A stretch of DNA of 32,000 bases from Nostoc sp. ChiVER01 (lineage in GTDB: Bacteria > Cyanobacteriota > Cyanobacteriia > Cyanobacteriales > Nostocaceae), in contig NZ_JAVRBS010000017.1 of the NCBI RefSeq assembly GCF_034531155.1, positions 37,004-69,003 of the forward strand, read 5' to 3'. The notes beneath the pieces were generated by a model. It was not told the origin of the DNA. It saw only the letters and a program-made list of their open reading frames with translations, and ran no database searches. The position numbers were made by a program, and so were the translations under genes. Shown piece after piece: positions 9,393-17,711 of this stretch. Numbering within the stretch: position 1 is the first letter of the stretch; every line of letters starts with the position of its first letter.

Positions 9393-9474
9393 GTTTGCGT
9401 AGAGAGAAGTCTGAGCGCCGACTTCCGGCGTTCAGAACTTTAAAGCTGACTTGTCTGCTCCCCACTACGCGAAC
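9393..9474. repeat. Palindromic MITE-like intergenic element
   Basis: Outer arms are GTTTGCGTAG (9393-9402) / CTACGCGAAC (9465-9474). Inner arms are AGAGAGAAGTC / GACTTGTCTGCT and CGCCG..CGGCG. It resembles the small dispersed palindromic repeats of Nostocales genomes. Confidence 0.45.
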
Positions 9475-9582
9475 GTTTGTGTAATAGCGAATTAAATTCG
9501 CCCAAGACTCTTCAAATATCCTTTAAGGTTTGTATTTACACTTATGCTTTAAGAGCTATGTGCTGCTAATAATTATCCAATC

Positions 9583-10413
9583 ATGGGTAGTAATTATACT
9601 AAATATAGTTTTTTTAAGATAAAATATATGAACAATGTTAGTGAATTGGCGCTCAATTATTTACAACGTTATAACTGCCAAATTCTTGAAGATTATCAAA
9701 GTGTTTTAAGACAGGCTTGTGAAATTCATCCACCACCACACGGTATGGCATGGTACGGTAATTCCTATCGTCAGTTTGCTCGTAATGCTGAGTGGTTCTC
9801 TAATTCCCTGGTTACTAACGTCGTTGAAGAAGGAACTGGTTCTAAACAAGTTTGGCAATTCTCTGAGCAGATCAAAAATCAGGAGTTTGCCCAGTTGGTG
9901 AGAAATCACTCGATTGATGAGTCACGACACTCACTAATGTTTGTAGCACTGTTGAATATTATTTTTCCGACGAAAATAGAAGCAGATTTCCGCACACAGT
10001 TGAAAGCTTTTTCTCCGCAATACTATCACCACAAGCATCCGCCTCTAGTACCTATTTCTTCAGCTAAAATAATGGATGATTTGTTGGTGATGGATGAGAT
10101 TATCCAAATCAATCTCTTAGAAATTCGGGCATTGATCCTACAATTATTGTTGCGTCCAGTACTGCAAGCATATTCTACACCTAAGGATTTAGCAAAAGTA
10201 ACTCGAATGTCTGATTTGTTGATTTTCGATGAAACTAAGCATATTGAGTACTCTGGTTACTGTATTGGTAAGTACATGGAGCAAGGTCATGGCTCTTGGG
10301 TGCGGGAAATGATGATTTACCGTCAAAAAACTGTTAATGAAATGTTTTTAGAAGATATAGAATTAGCAGATTCTGTTGGCACTACTATTTTACGGACACA
10401 AGATCGCTCGTAA
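9583..10413 (+). CDS. Ferritin-like diiron oxygenase family protein (AurF-like pattern)
   Basis: 276 aa. The carboxylate/His ligand pattern is E (VVEEGTG) ... DESRH (ExxH) ... E (LLEIRAL) ... DETKH (ExxH), typical of four-helix-bundle diiron enzymes. An alternative start is at MNNVS (9628). Confidence 0.6.
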   Translation: MGSNYTKYSFFKIKYMNNVSELALNYLQRYNCQILEDYQSVLRQACEIHPPPHGMAWYGNSYRQFARNAEWFSNSLVTNVVEEGTGSKQVWQFSEQIKNQEFAQLVRNHSIDESRHSLMFVALLNIIFPTKIEADFRTQLKAFSPQYYHHKHPPLVPISSAKIMDDLLVMDEIIQINLLEIRALILQLLLRPVLQAYSTPKDLAKVTRMSDLLIFDETKHIEYSGYCIGKYMEQGHGSWVREMMIYRQKTVNEMFLEDIELADSVGTTILRTQDRS

Positions 10414-10460
10414 CTTCTTAAGTTTACCTAGCCCAACAAATGAGTTTCCACAGTAGTTCT

Positions 10461-10478
10461 GAGCGGCTTTCGCCGCTT
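10461..10478. terminator. Small GC hairpin between convergent genes (diiron gene and actP)
   Basis: AGCGGC (10462-10467), loop TTTC, GCCGCT (10472-10477). It lies between the stop at 10413 (+) and the stop at 10503 (-), and the flanks are moderately T-rich. Confidence 0.35.
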
Positions 10479-10502
10479 AGACTTGTTTATGCTTTGACAA
10501 AA

Positions 10503-12071
10503 TCACATGCCAGAACCAATATGGATGCGATCTTCAACTTCCGCAAACTTTTCCTGTGCCTGCTGTTCAGTATTCAATAGTGAAACGACGATCGCTACAA
10601 TAAACGCCAGTGGGATACTGATTAATCCAGGATTTTTCAACGGAAAGGGTGCAGAAGCGTGCTTGAGAATCGTTACTTGAATACTGGGTGACAAATAAAT
10701 CAGCACTAAAGAGGAGATAGTACCCACTAATATACTCGCAACCGCACCGTTGGTCGTGAAGCGTCGCCAAAGCATGGATAAGAGCAATGCTGGGAAGTTT
10801 GCACTAGCAGCGATCGCAAATGCTAAACCTACCATATAAGCCACGTTTTGCCCTTTAAACAAAATGCCCAGGAATATCGCTACTAACCCCAAAAGCATTG
10901 TTGCACCGCGAGCCACCTTCAACTGTTCTGACTCGTCAGCATGACCTGATCGCACCACATTCACCCACAAATCGTGAGACAATGCAGCTGCACCTGAGAG
11001 TGTCAACCCAGCGACAACTGCCAAAATAGTCGCAAAGGAAACAGCAGCAATAAAGCCTAAGAAAGCATCACCACCGAGAAATTCTGCCAACATCGGCGCA
11101 GCCATATTACCACCAGTACCAATTTGCTTGATGGCATCTTGACCTACTAATACCATTGCTCCAAAGCCTAAGATGAAGGTAAGGAGATAAAAAATGCCAA
11201 TAATAGCTGTGGCGTAAGTAACAGAAAGCCGCGCTGCTTTGGCATCGGGTACTGTGTAAAAACGCATTAGGATGTGGGGTAATCCAGCAGTGCCGAACAT
11301 CAACGACATCCCTAAAGAGATCGCATCCAAGGGATCAGAAACTAGTTTCCCTGGAGCTAATACACCTGTATACTTTTCAGATGCAGCAGCGAAAAGAGCG
11401 ATCGGGTTAAAACCAAATTGTGCCAGTACCAAGATAGCTAGCAAAATCGTTCCGCCAAGCAACAAAACTGCTTTGATAATTTGTACCCAAGTGGTGGCAA
11501 TCATCCCGCCAAAAATCACATAAGCCATCATCACACAACCGACGATGACCACAGCTAATTCGTAATCAAAGCCAAACAATAGTTTGATTAGCTCACCAGC
11601 GCCTACCATCTGGGCAATTAAGTAAAAGCTAATCACTACCAAGGTTCCAATAGCAGAGGCAATACGTACAGGTTTTTGCTGTAAGCGATAAGCTACTACA
11701 TCAGCAAAAGTGTATTTACCTAAATTACGTAATGGTTCTGCAATTAAGAACATCACAATCGGCCAACCCACCAAGAAGCCGATAGAATAAATTAAGCCGT
11801 CAAAGCCGTTGAGTGCCACCAGCCCAGCGATACCTAAAAAGCTAGCTGCACTCATGAAGTCTCCTGCTAGGGCCAGCCCATTTTGGAAACCGCTAATCTT
11901 ACCGCCAGCTGTATAGAACTGTGCCGTATTTTTGGTGAGCTTTGCCGCCCAATAGGTAATGCCTAGAGAACTTACAACAAACAGAAAGAAGAAAGCGATC
12001 GCCAACGGGTTAAACTTACCAAGACTGGTAATATCCGCCGCTAGTGGCAGATCCAACCACACACTATTCAT
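10503..12071 (-). CDS. actP: Cation/acetate symporter (sodium:solute symporter family)
   Basis: 522-aa polytopic membrane protein with an SSS-family look (about 13 TM segments). It sits directly downstream of a DUF485/YjcH-like gene, the canonical yjcH-actP pairing. Confidence 0.85.
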   Translation of the reverse strand: MNSVWLDLPLAADITSLGKFNPLAIAFFFLFVVSSLGITYWAAKLTKNTAQFYTAGGKISGFQNGLALAGDFMSAASFLGIAGLVALNGFDGLIYSIGFLVGWPIVMFLIAEPLRNLGKYTFADVVAYRLQQKPVRIASAIGTLVVISFYLIAQMVGAGELIKLLFGFDYELAVVIVGCVMMAYVIFGGMIATTWVQIIKAVLLLGGTILLAILVLAQFGFNPIALFAAASEKYTGVLAPGKLVSDPLDAISLGMSLMFGTAGLPHILMRFYTVPDAKAARLSVTYATAIIGIFYLLTFILGFGAMVLVGQDAIKQIGTGGNMAAPMLAEFLGGDAFLGFIAAVSFATILAVVAGLTLSGAAALSHDLWVNVVRSGHADESEQLKVARGATMLLGLVAIFLGILFKGQNVAYMVGLAFAIAASANFPALLLSMLWRRFTTNGAVASILVGTISSLVLIYLSPSIQVTILKHASAPFPLKNPGLISIPLAFIVAIVVSLLNTEQQAQEKFAEVEDRIHIGSGM

Positions 12072-12125
12072 GCTTTTTTTGGTTTAATATTTTGGATTTG
12101 GGACTAGAAATTGCTAATAGCTAAT

Positions 12126-12401
12126 TTACTTGCGTGTCAGCCTTGCGATTTGGTCATCGTAACTACTATTTGCCCAACGCACATAGATAAAAATTAATAC
12201 CCATGCTGAGACAATTACCAATGCCCCCAGTAAAATTCCCAGGCTAAGACCAGGAAATACTAATGACCCCAACAGGGGCTTATTGAATGCGATTAATAGG
12301 ATAAAGCCAAAGTAAATAAACATCATGGCTCCACTGAGAATCAGGGATACGCGCCAGCGTTCAGCTGCGAGAGCCTGGAGAGCCTTTGTGCGATCGTTCA
12401 T
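12126..12401 (-). CDS. DUF485 (YjcH-like) inner membrane protein
   Basis: 91 aa with two TM helices, sitting 55 nt upstream of actP on the same strand. Confidence 0.8.
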   Translation of the reverse strand: MNDRTKALQALAAERWRVSLILSGAMMFIYFGFILLIAFNKPLLGSLVFPGLSLGILLGALVIVSAWVLIFIYVRWANSSYDDQIARLTRK

Positions 12402-12911
12402 GTCTTCCTTTAGGTTGAGAAGATTAGGTCAGATTGTCTCATTGAAGTTGATTTTTGCATAATTTTCTTAAAGATTATTAGTAAATCTATTGCCATATCA
12501 AGTAATAAAACTAACTTTGCCTGATATACCAAAATAACAAGACAATAACGGCTCTGTTTTGAGTCAGAGAAACAAATTAGGCACAAAAAAGGCTCATCTA
12601 TCTGTGCTTTGTGAAAATCACAAAATATAGTGCTTAATTATACTTTAACAATAAATTAATATTTAATAAATTAAATTTTTAGATACTAAAAAACAAAATA
12701 AATACGTAGTTATTCCCAGGTTTTAAAATTTTTAAAGTGTTATAAACCGATTTTTTTAAGCTATCAAATCAACTGAGATTAATAAAAGTAGCAAATTTAA
12801 ATTTATAAAATATACCAAAAATTACAGTAATAGCTAAGTAATATTTTTAATAAAATTTATACCAAAAGATTGTTATTACACAGATAGGGAATTACCAAAA
12901 TTTAGTAACGT

Positions 12912-13520
12912 ATGTTTATCGAAACACTAATCACAAACCCGATTCATTTTTTCAGAATCGTTGTAATTGTCATATTCTCCATTACTTTGCATGAACTTGC
13001 TCACGGCTGGGCTGCGATGAGTCAGGGAGATAACACTCCCCAACAAACTGGTCATCTGACGCTTAATCCTGTAGTTCACATGGGTAAAGAATCGCTAATC
13101 TTTCTCTGTCTTATGGGTATAGCTTGGGGACAAATGCCCGTCAACCCATCTAAGTTTCGTTCTGGTAAACTAGGCAATATTTTGGTATCAGCCGCAGGCC
13201 CCTTGTCGAATCTGGCTTTAGGCATTCTATTTATTGTATTGCTCAAACTTTTCTTTAACCCTAGTCTTTCAGGACTCTTTAGTGTCGAATTTCTTTACCT
13301 AGCGGCTCGGATTAATTTAACGTTATTTCTATTTAATCTGCTGCCAATTCCACCACTCGACGGCTTTCATGTCTTCAGTGAAATTTTTCCTCAACTAAAG
13401 CCACTACAATATAGTCAATTCGGACTCTTTGCCATGATGCTCCTATTTTTAATTCCAGGTTTGGGAAGAGGGCTTGGTAGTATCGCTGATTTATTTATCC
13501 GGTCAGGTTTGGGGATGTAA
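12912..13520 (+). CDS. Site-2 protease family (peptidase M50) membrane metalloprotease
   Basis: 202 aa, multi-TM. It has an HExxH motif (LHELAHG) in the first TM region and a conserved NLLPIPPLDG motif. Confidence 0.85.
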   Translation: MFIETLITNPIHFFRIVVIVIFSITLHELAHGWAAMSQGDNTPQQTGHLTLNPVVHMGKESLIFLCLMGIAWGQMPVNPSKFRSGKLGNILVSAAGPLSNLALGILFIVLLKLFFNPSLSGLFSVEFLYLAARINLTLFLFNLLPIPPLDGFHVFSEIFPQLKPLQYSQFGLFAMMLLFLIPGLGRGLGSIADLFIRSGLGM

Positions 13521-13730
13521 ACAGTAAATTTTCAGGCAAATTTTTAATAAAAATTTAAAAGCCATTTACTACAGTCTTTTTTTATTATTGTCTTTACAGA
13601 TTATAGCCAGTTTTATTAGAACTATGTCTTCATACACAAGTCCAATTAATTCTGCGATACGCCCAAACTCTAGCTTTATTTCAGGAAACCCATAGAATTG
13701 CTATAGCAATCCTGAATCATCCGTAAGAGA

Positions 13731-13761
13731 CAAAAACCCCGACTTATTTGAGCAGTCGGGG
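13731..13761 (-). terminator. Rho-independent terminator of the 468-aa orphan gene
   Basis: Stem CCCCGACT (13737-13744) / AGTCGGGG (13754-13761). On the minus strand it is followed by TTTTTG, and it lies about 45 nt downstream of the stop at 13808. Confidence 0.6.
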
Positions 13762-13807
13762 TTCTACTTATTGCGTATACCAATCTTATTTAATTTGTAT
13801 ATACAAT

Positions 13808-15214
13808 CTAATTCTCTACACCAACAGAAATAAGTTTGCTATAATATTCAGTTTTGGCATAGATACTGATAATACTATCACCAACTGCAAAAAAATTACC
13901 TTGTTGCTCATCTTTAGAAAATTGCAAATTGGGATATTTAATAGCAGCTTCTTCAGCAGTCATAGATTTTGCTTCCATCTTATTTGGCAATACTCCAATA
14001 CAACCAATATAAAATACTAAGGGAGAAATTTTGTCATGGTAAATTTTTTCTACATATTGTTCTAGCTTATTATTTGCCGTTGTCAAAGCTGCAATCATTT
14101 CCTCCTTGCTGATCTGTTTTCCAGCTTGTTTATCTTGCAATAACTGCGCCAAACTATCAGCATCAACTTTCTTAAGAATATTTGCGACTATGCCATTTTG
14201 CTCAAGCCCCAGAAAATCATCAAAAATTGGTTTCATCAACTCGTCAACTTTTGTAATCTTGGTGCGTGATGATAGTAGCCTGTGCCTAACAGCGAGATTT
14301 TCATTCAATGCGATCGCAAAACTAGGCTTGATGATAATTTCACCAGTAATTTTATCATAAAGACGATACATTTTACTTAAAAACTTGTTAGCAGAAGGCA
14401 ACTTACTCAAATTCAGAATATTTTGACTGCCGATGTCAATTTTATAACTAATTTTTGACTCAATAGTACCATTAACTAAGGCTTCATGGATGTCAGTATA
14501 TTCGTTCGTTGTAGGGAAATTGATGTAAACATTTTTAGAGAGATAGTGCTTTTTAAACTCATCTAATTGTCCTGCTACAAATACATCTGACTCCTTTCTT
14601 AAGTAAGCAGAAATAATACTAGTCAGTACTTTAATTTCTGCAAGCTCATTGAATAGTCCATCAATACTGCTATAATGACTATTTGCAGCTACAAGCGGCA
14701 AGTTATTTAACTCAATGGTATACTCAGCACGGAAGTCAAAATCTTCTGCATCCAACACACCTTTTTCTTTGAGCAAATCAAAGGCTTTTTTACTGCTGAT
14801 TTTGACTTTTAAGGACTTGACATTTATTTTGCCGTCACTAACAATTGTGTAATTATTAAAGCTATTTAGGTCATTTACTAGTAAACCTGCTACCTCAATA
14901 GTGGGGGTTTTATCTTCAAATTTTGCTAGTTTGACTTTACGTTTGATAAGCATATTGATAGTAGCGGTATTGCGATTAAATTGAAACTCGCCCATACCAA
15001 CATACTCAACATTATCGATATTTTCTGTTCGTAACCAAGGCTGAAGTAGTTCTCCATTTTCGTTTCTCACACCTTTAACGCGCTTGATACCTGTTCTTTG
15101 ATAATGTTCTTGTAGGTGCTTGATATTGACGATAATATTGTCGCGATACTGTGCAAAAATTTGGATTAGTTCTACGAGAGAAATTTTATTATTCGTCATA
15201 TTGCTACCTTCCAT
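13808..15214 (-). CDS. Hypothetical protein, no recognisable domain, AT-rich orphan
   Basis: Uninterrupted 468-aa ORF in visibly AT-rich DNA. The more likely start is the second ATG (15199, MTNNK...), preceded by GGAAGG with a 7-nt spacing. It has its own terminator. I found no P-loop, no TM segment and no catalytic motif. Confidence 0.7.
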   Translation of the reverse strand: MEGSNMTNNKISLVELIQIFAQYRDNIIVNIKHLQEHYQRTGIKRVKGVRNENGELLQPWLRTENIDNVEYVGMGEFQFNRNTATINMLIKRKVKLAKFEDKTPTIEVAGLLVNDLNSFNNYTIVSDGKINVKSLKVKISSKKAFDLLKEKGVLDAEDFDFRAEYTIELNNLPLVAANSHYSSIDGLFNELAEIKVLTSIISAYLRKESDVFVAGQLDEFKKHYLSKNVYINFPTTNEYTDIHEALVNGTIESKISYKIDIGSQNILNLSKLPSANKFLSKMYRLYDKITGEIIIKPSFAIALNENLAVRHRLLSSRTKITKVDELMKPIFDDFLGLEQNGIVANILKKVDADSLAQLLQDKQAGKQISKEEMIAALTTANNKLEQYVEKIYHDKISPLVFYIGCIGVLPNKMEAKSMTAEEAAIKYPNLQFSKDEQQGNFFAVGDSIISIYAKTEYYSKLISVGVEN

Positions 15215-15373
15215 ATATAGGTTAAGAATTTTTTAAAGGCTGTTAAACTGGGCAAAATTGAAGGGCAAACCCACAATAAATTGACGCCAAAATGCTAAAT
15301 TTGGCATATACCACACAACTATTGTGTGTTCATGATTGCATTCACGAACTAGCTAATATTGAGTTTATCTACC

Positions 15374-15464
15374 AGGACTTACGCAAAAACTCTCTGAAAC
15401 TCTTATTCCTTTGTGTCCTTTGCGTCTTTTGCGGTTCGTTTTATCATGATTTTGCGTAAGTCCT
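15374..15464. mobile_element. 91-bp MITE-like element with perfect 15-bp terminal inverted repeats
   Basis: AGGACTTACGCAAAA (15374-15388) ... TTTTGCGTAAGTCCT (15450-15464). It has no coding capacity. The same GCGTAAGTCCT core occurs in the hairpin at 5330-5359. Confidence 0.5.
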
Positions 15465-15595
15465 ATCTACTACAAACTTTGGGCATCGCCTAGTAAACTT
15501 TGCGTTGCATACTCACCAGATATTCTTTGATAGTACAATTGTATCACAAAAACTCCAAGCTGTGTAGGCGTGGCCTGTCATAGACATCGCCCTGC

Positions 15596-15780
15596 AATGA
15601 GGTGGGGAGCAATGCGATTTTGTGAGGTGGGCAAGCAGGGAAGGCAGGGGAGGAAAAATAAATTAAGTGTATTTTGAAGTATTTATAGTAGCGCATGTTA
15701 CTAAATTCTCTCTTTACTCTCCCTGCTCCCCCTGCTTCAAAAAGCGATGATCTCACATTTTCGCGTTGCTCCCATGAGGT
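15596..15780. repeat. About 180-bp imperfect inverted-repeat element
   Basis: GGGGAGCAATGCGATTTTGTGAG (15604-15626) faces CTCACATTTTCGCGTTGCTCCC (15752-15773). Inner G-rich GCAAGCAGGGAAGGCAGGGGAGG faces CTCCCTGCTCCCCCTGCTTC. The 70-aa ORF called here is probably an artefact. Confidence 0.4.
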
Positions 15781-15845
15781 GTATGGTATTGCTGAAGGTC
15801 AGAATAGATGCTTTCTAACCTTTGCACCCATTATTTTTTTCAAAT

Positions 15846-17516
15846 TTAGGCTCCGGGTTTGAAATAATCGAAGAGGCGATCGCCTGAATCTGCGCGAATT
15901 AATGCTACAACTACATCTGGTAAGGCAGTTAAACTGGGGTAAACCAAATAACGTGGTTCCCAACGGGGGCGGAATTTCTCTCTGTAGGCGTGCAGTCCCT
16001 TAAAATTGTAGAAGCGATTCAAATGCCCGTATAGATAGTGCAATACTTTCTCCAAGCGGCGTGATTCTGGGTTGTCTCCAACTCCCGCAAGGGCAGAAAG
16101 GCCAAAATTAAAGCTGTCGTAGCCACCCTCTTTAAAATGTTGAAGCAGGGAAATAAATAGAAAGTCCATTGTGCCATTTTCGAGGGACGCGCGATGTCGC
16201 ATCATGTCAATAGTGGCTTCGTTAAGTTGGTACTCCCGGAGAATGTTGGCAAAGGCGCTGATGTTACCTTCAGAATTATGCACTACAGCAATCTCACACT
16301 CTCGCAAGTAAGCTTCGTCAAACCAACCCAAAGAAAAATGTTTTTCCGAACCCTGTACCATCTTCAACCATTCATCACTTACAGATTTGAGTTGGTGCAA
16401 TAAATCATTGGCAATGGGTGGTTGGTAAAACTCGATTTGGTATCCTAGTTTAGTTAAACGACTGATTGATGGTCTAAAGTTCTTACCAGCTTTACCTTGT
16501 AACGTAAAACTTTTCAGGTCAACGATCGCTTCTTCTCCAATCTTAAGTACCTTAAACCCCAATGACTTGTAAAGCTCAACATCATCGGGCAAAGTTTGAT
16601 AAAAACCGGGATACCAGTCATTACGTTGGCAAAACTGTTGGAAAGCAACAATTGTCTCTTTGCGGTCTTCAATGGGGCCGATGGGATCTCCTAATGCGAT
16701 CGCACCCCTTCCCTTGGGAACATAAGCAATTAAACTATTACCGGAAGGACTAAAATAATAACTTTTATCATTTAAGAGTGTGAATGCTGCTAAAGAAGAA
16801 CATCCATATTGCTCGACAATTTCTTTAGCTCTTTTTCGCTCATTTGGCGTTGCTAGATTCCGCCAAAATACAGGTTGCAAGAGCATTACCATTGCATAGG
16901 TAATAGTAACTGCGGCTATAATATATATCGAATTAGCAAAAAATTCTCCAAATTTGCTTTTTGGTTGCAGTCCCCAATTATCCTCAGTGAAGAACATCGC
17001 CAAAGTCTGAACTATGGCTTCACGCCAGTTAAAATTCTCTGAGAACTTGCCGTCTAATAAGTAAAATCCAATAGTTCCGTATGCCAGGGTAAATAATAAA
17101 GCGCCTATCAGCGCTCGAACTCCCCGTGCGATCGAAGGACGGTCTGATTGCGCCGTAAAATAATGGCGCATCAAGATTAATTGCACCAGCAAAACTCCAG
17201 AGAGTAGACTTTCTTCATAGTCCAGTCCCTTCAGCAAGTGGCTGAAAATGGAAATCACTAGTAAACCAATGGTAAGTAACCAGGCTATTCTTTTGCGACG
17301 TAATAAATTAGTCGCAAGTGCTAGTAAAACAAACCCAGTCAGGGCTGCAAAGATATGACCACTGGCTCGGATTTCAAATGGTAAAAATTCTTTCAACCAG
17401 TGATTTCGCCCATATAAGTTAGGTGTCACTGCTGATAACAAATTTACTACTCCGACTAAACCTGTAAGCAAAGCTGCACTCCAAAGTCCAATCTGAGTTT
17501 TTAAATTATTGGTCAT
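15846..17516 (-). CDS. Aminoacyl-phosphatidylglycerol synthase (MprF synthase half: about 6 TM plus DUF2156/LPG_synthase_C domain)
   Basis: 556 aa. The N-terminal ~210 aa are hydrophobic. The C-terminal soluble domain looks MprF-like (ALGDPIGP..., FSLGWFDE..., YNFKGLHAYREKFRPRWEPRYLVY). Confidence 0.8.
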   Translation of the reverse strand: MTNNLKTQIGLWSAALLTGLVGVVNLLSAVTPNLYGRNHWLKEFLPFEIRASGHIFAALTGFVLLALATNLLRRKRIAWLLTIGLLVISIFSHLLKGLDYEESLLSGVLLVQLILMRHYFTAQSDRPSIARGVRALIGALLFTLAYGTIGFYLLDGKFSENFNWREAIVQTLAMFFTEDNWGLQPKSKFGEFFANSIYIIAAVTITYAMVMLLQPVFWRNLATPNERKRAKEIVEQYGCSSLAAFTLLNDKSYYFSPSGNSLIAYVPKGRGAIALGDPIGPIEDRKETIVAFQQFCQRNDWYPGFYQTLPDDVELYKSLGFKVLKIGEEAIVDLKSFTLQGKAGKNFRPSISRLTKLGYQIEFYQPPIANDLLHQLKSVSDEWLKMVQGSEKHFSLGWFDEAYLRECEIAVVHNSEGNISAFANILREYQLNEATIDMMRHRASLENGTMDFLFISLLQHFKEGGYDSFNFGLSALAGVGDNPESRRLEKVLHYLYGHLNRFYNFKGLHAYREKFRPRWEPRYLVYPSLTALPDVVVALIRADSGDRLFDYFKPGA

Positions 17517-17711
17517 AACTTTAAAAATATTAATTAGGAGTTAGGAGTTTTGGCTCTACGACTCTCTTTAGGGGCTAAAATAATAAACAGACAAGTTTTA
17601 TCGGCTGTGTTAATTATACAGATTAAGTTTTAATTTTTTTAATTTTCTCCATAACACCTTAATTTTAAGGCCATAGCACAGTTAGAGCAATAGAACCTGA
17701 GTTTTCAAATT

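Noticed and set aside
9706-11523. Short ORFs overlapping the diiron gene (9706-9909 -, 9719-9901 +) and actP (10567-10770 -, 11272-11523 +).
   Set aside because: They are shadow ORFs within longer ORFs that carry clear family motifs.
12402-12911. Extremely AT-rich 510-bp divergent spacer between the yjcH-actP operon and the M50 protease gene, scanned for NtcA-type GTA-N8-TAC sites and riboswitch-like structure.
   Set aside because: I found no canonical GTA-N8-TAC with a properly spaced -10 box and no conserved structured element. It is probably just a divergent promoter region.
13748-14360. + strand ORFs 13748-14020 and 14106-14360 opposite the orphan 468-aa gene.
   Set aside because: AT-rich DNA yields random open frames. 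The 468-aa - strand frame is far longer and has both an SD and a terminator.
15544-15756. 70-aa - strand ORF in the spacer upstream of the orphan gene.
   Set aside because: It coincides with the ~180-bp inverted-repeat element, and its sequence is a reading of G-rich repeat arms. There is no SD.
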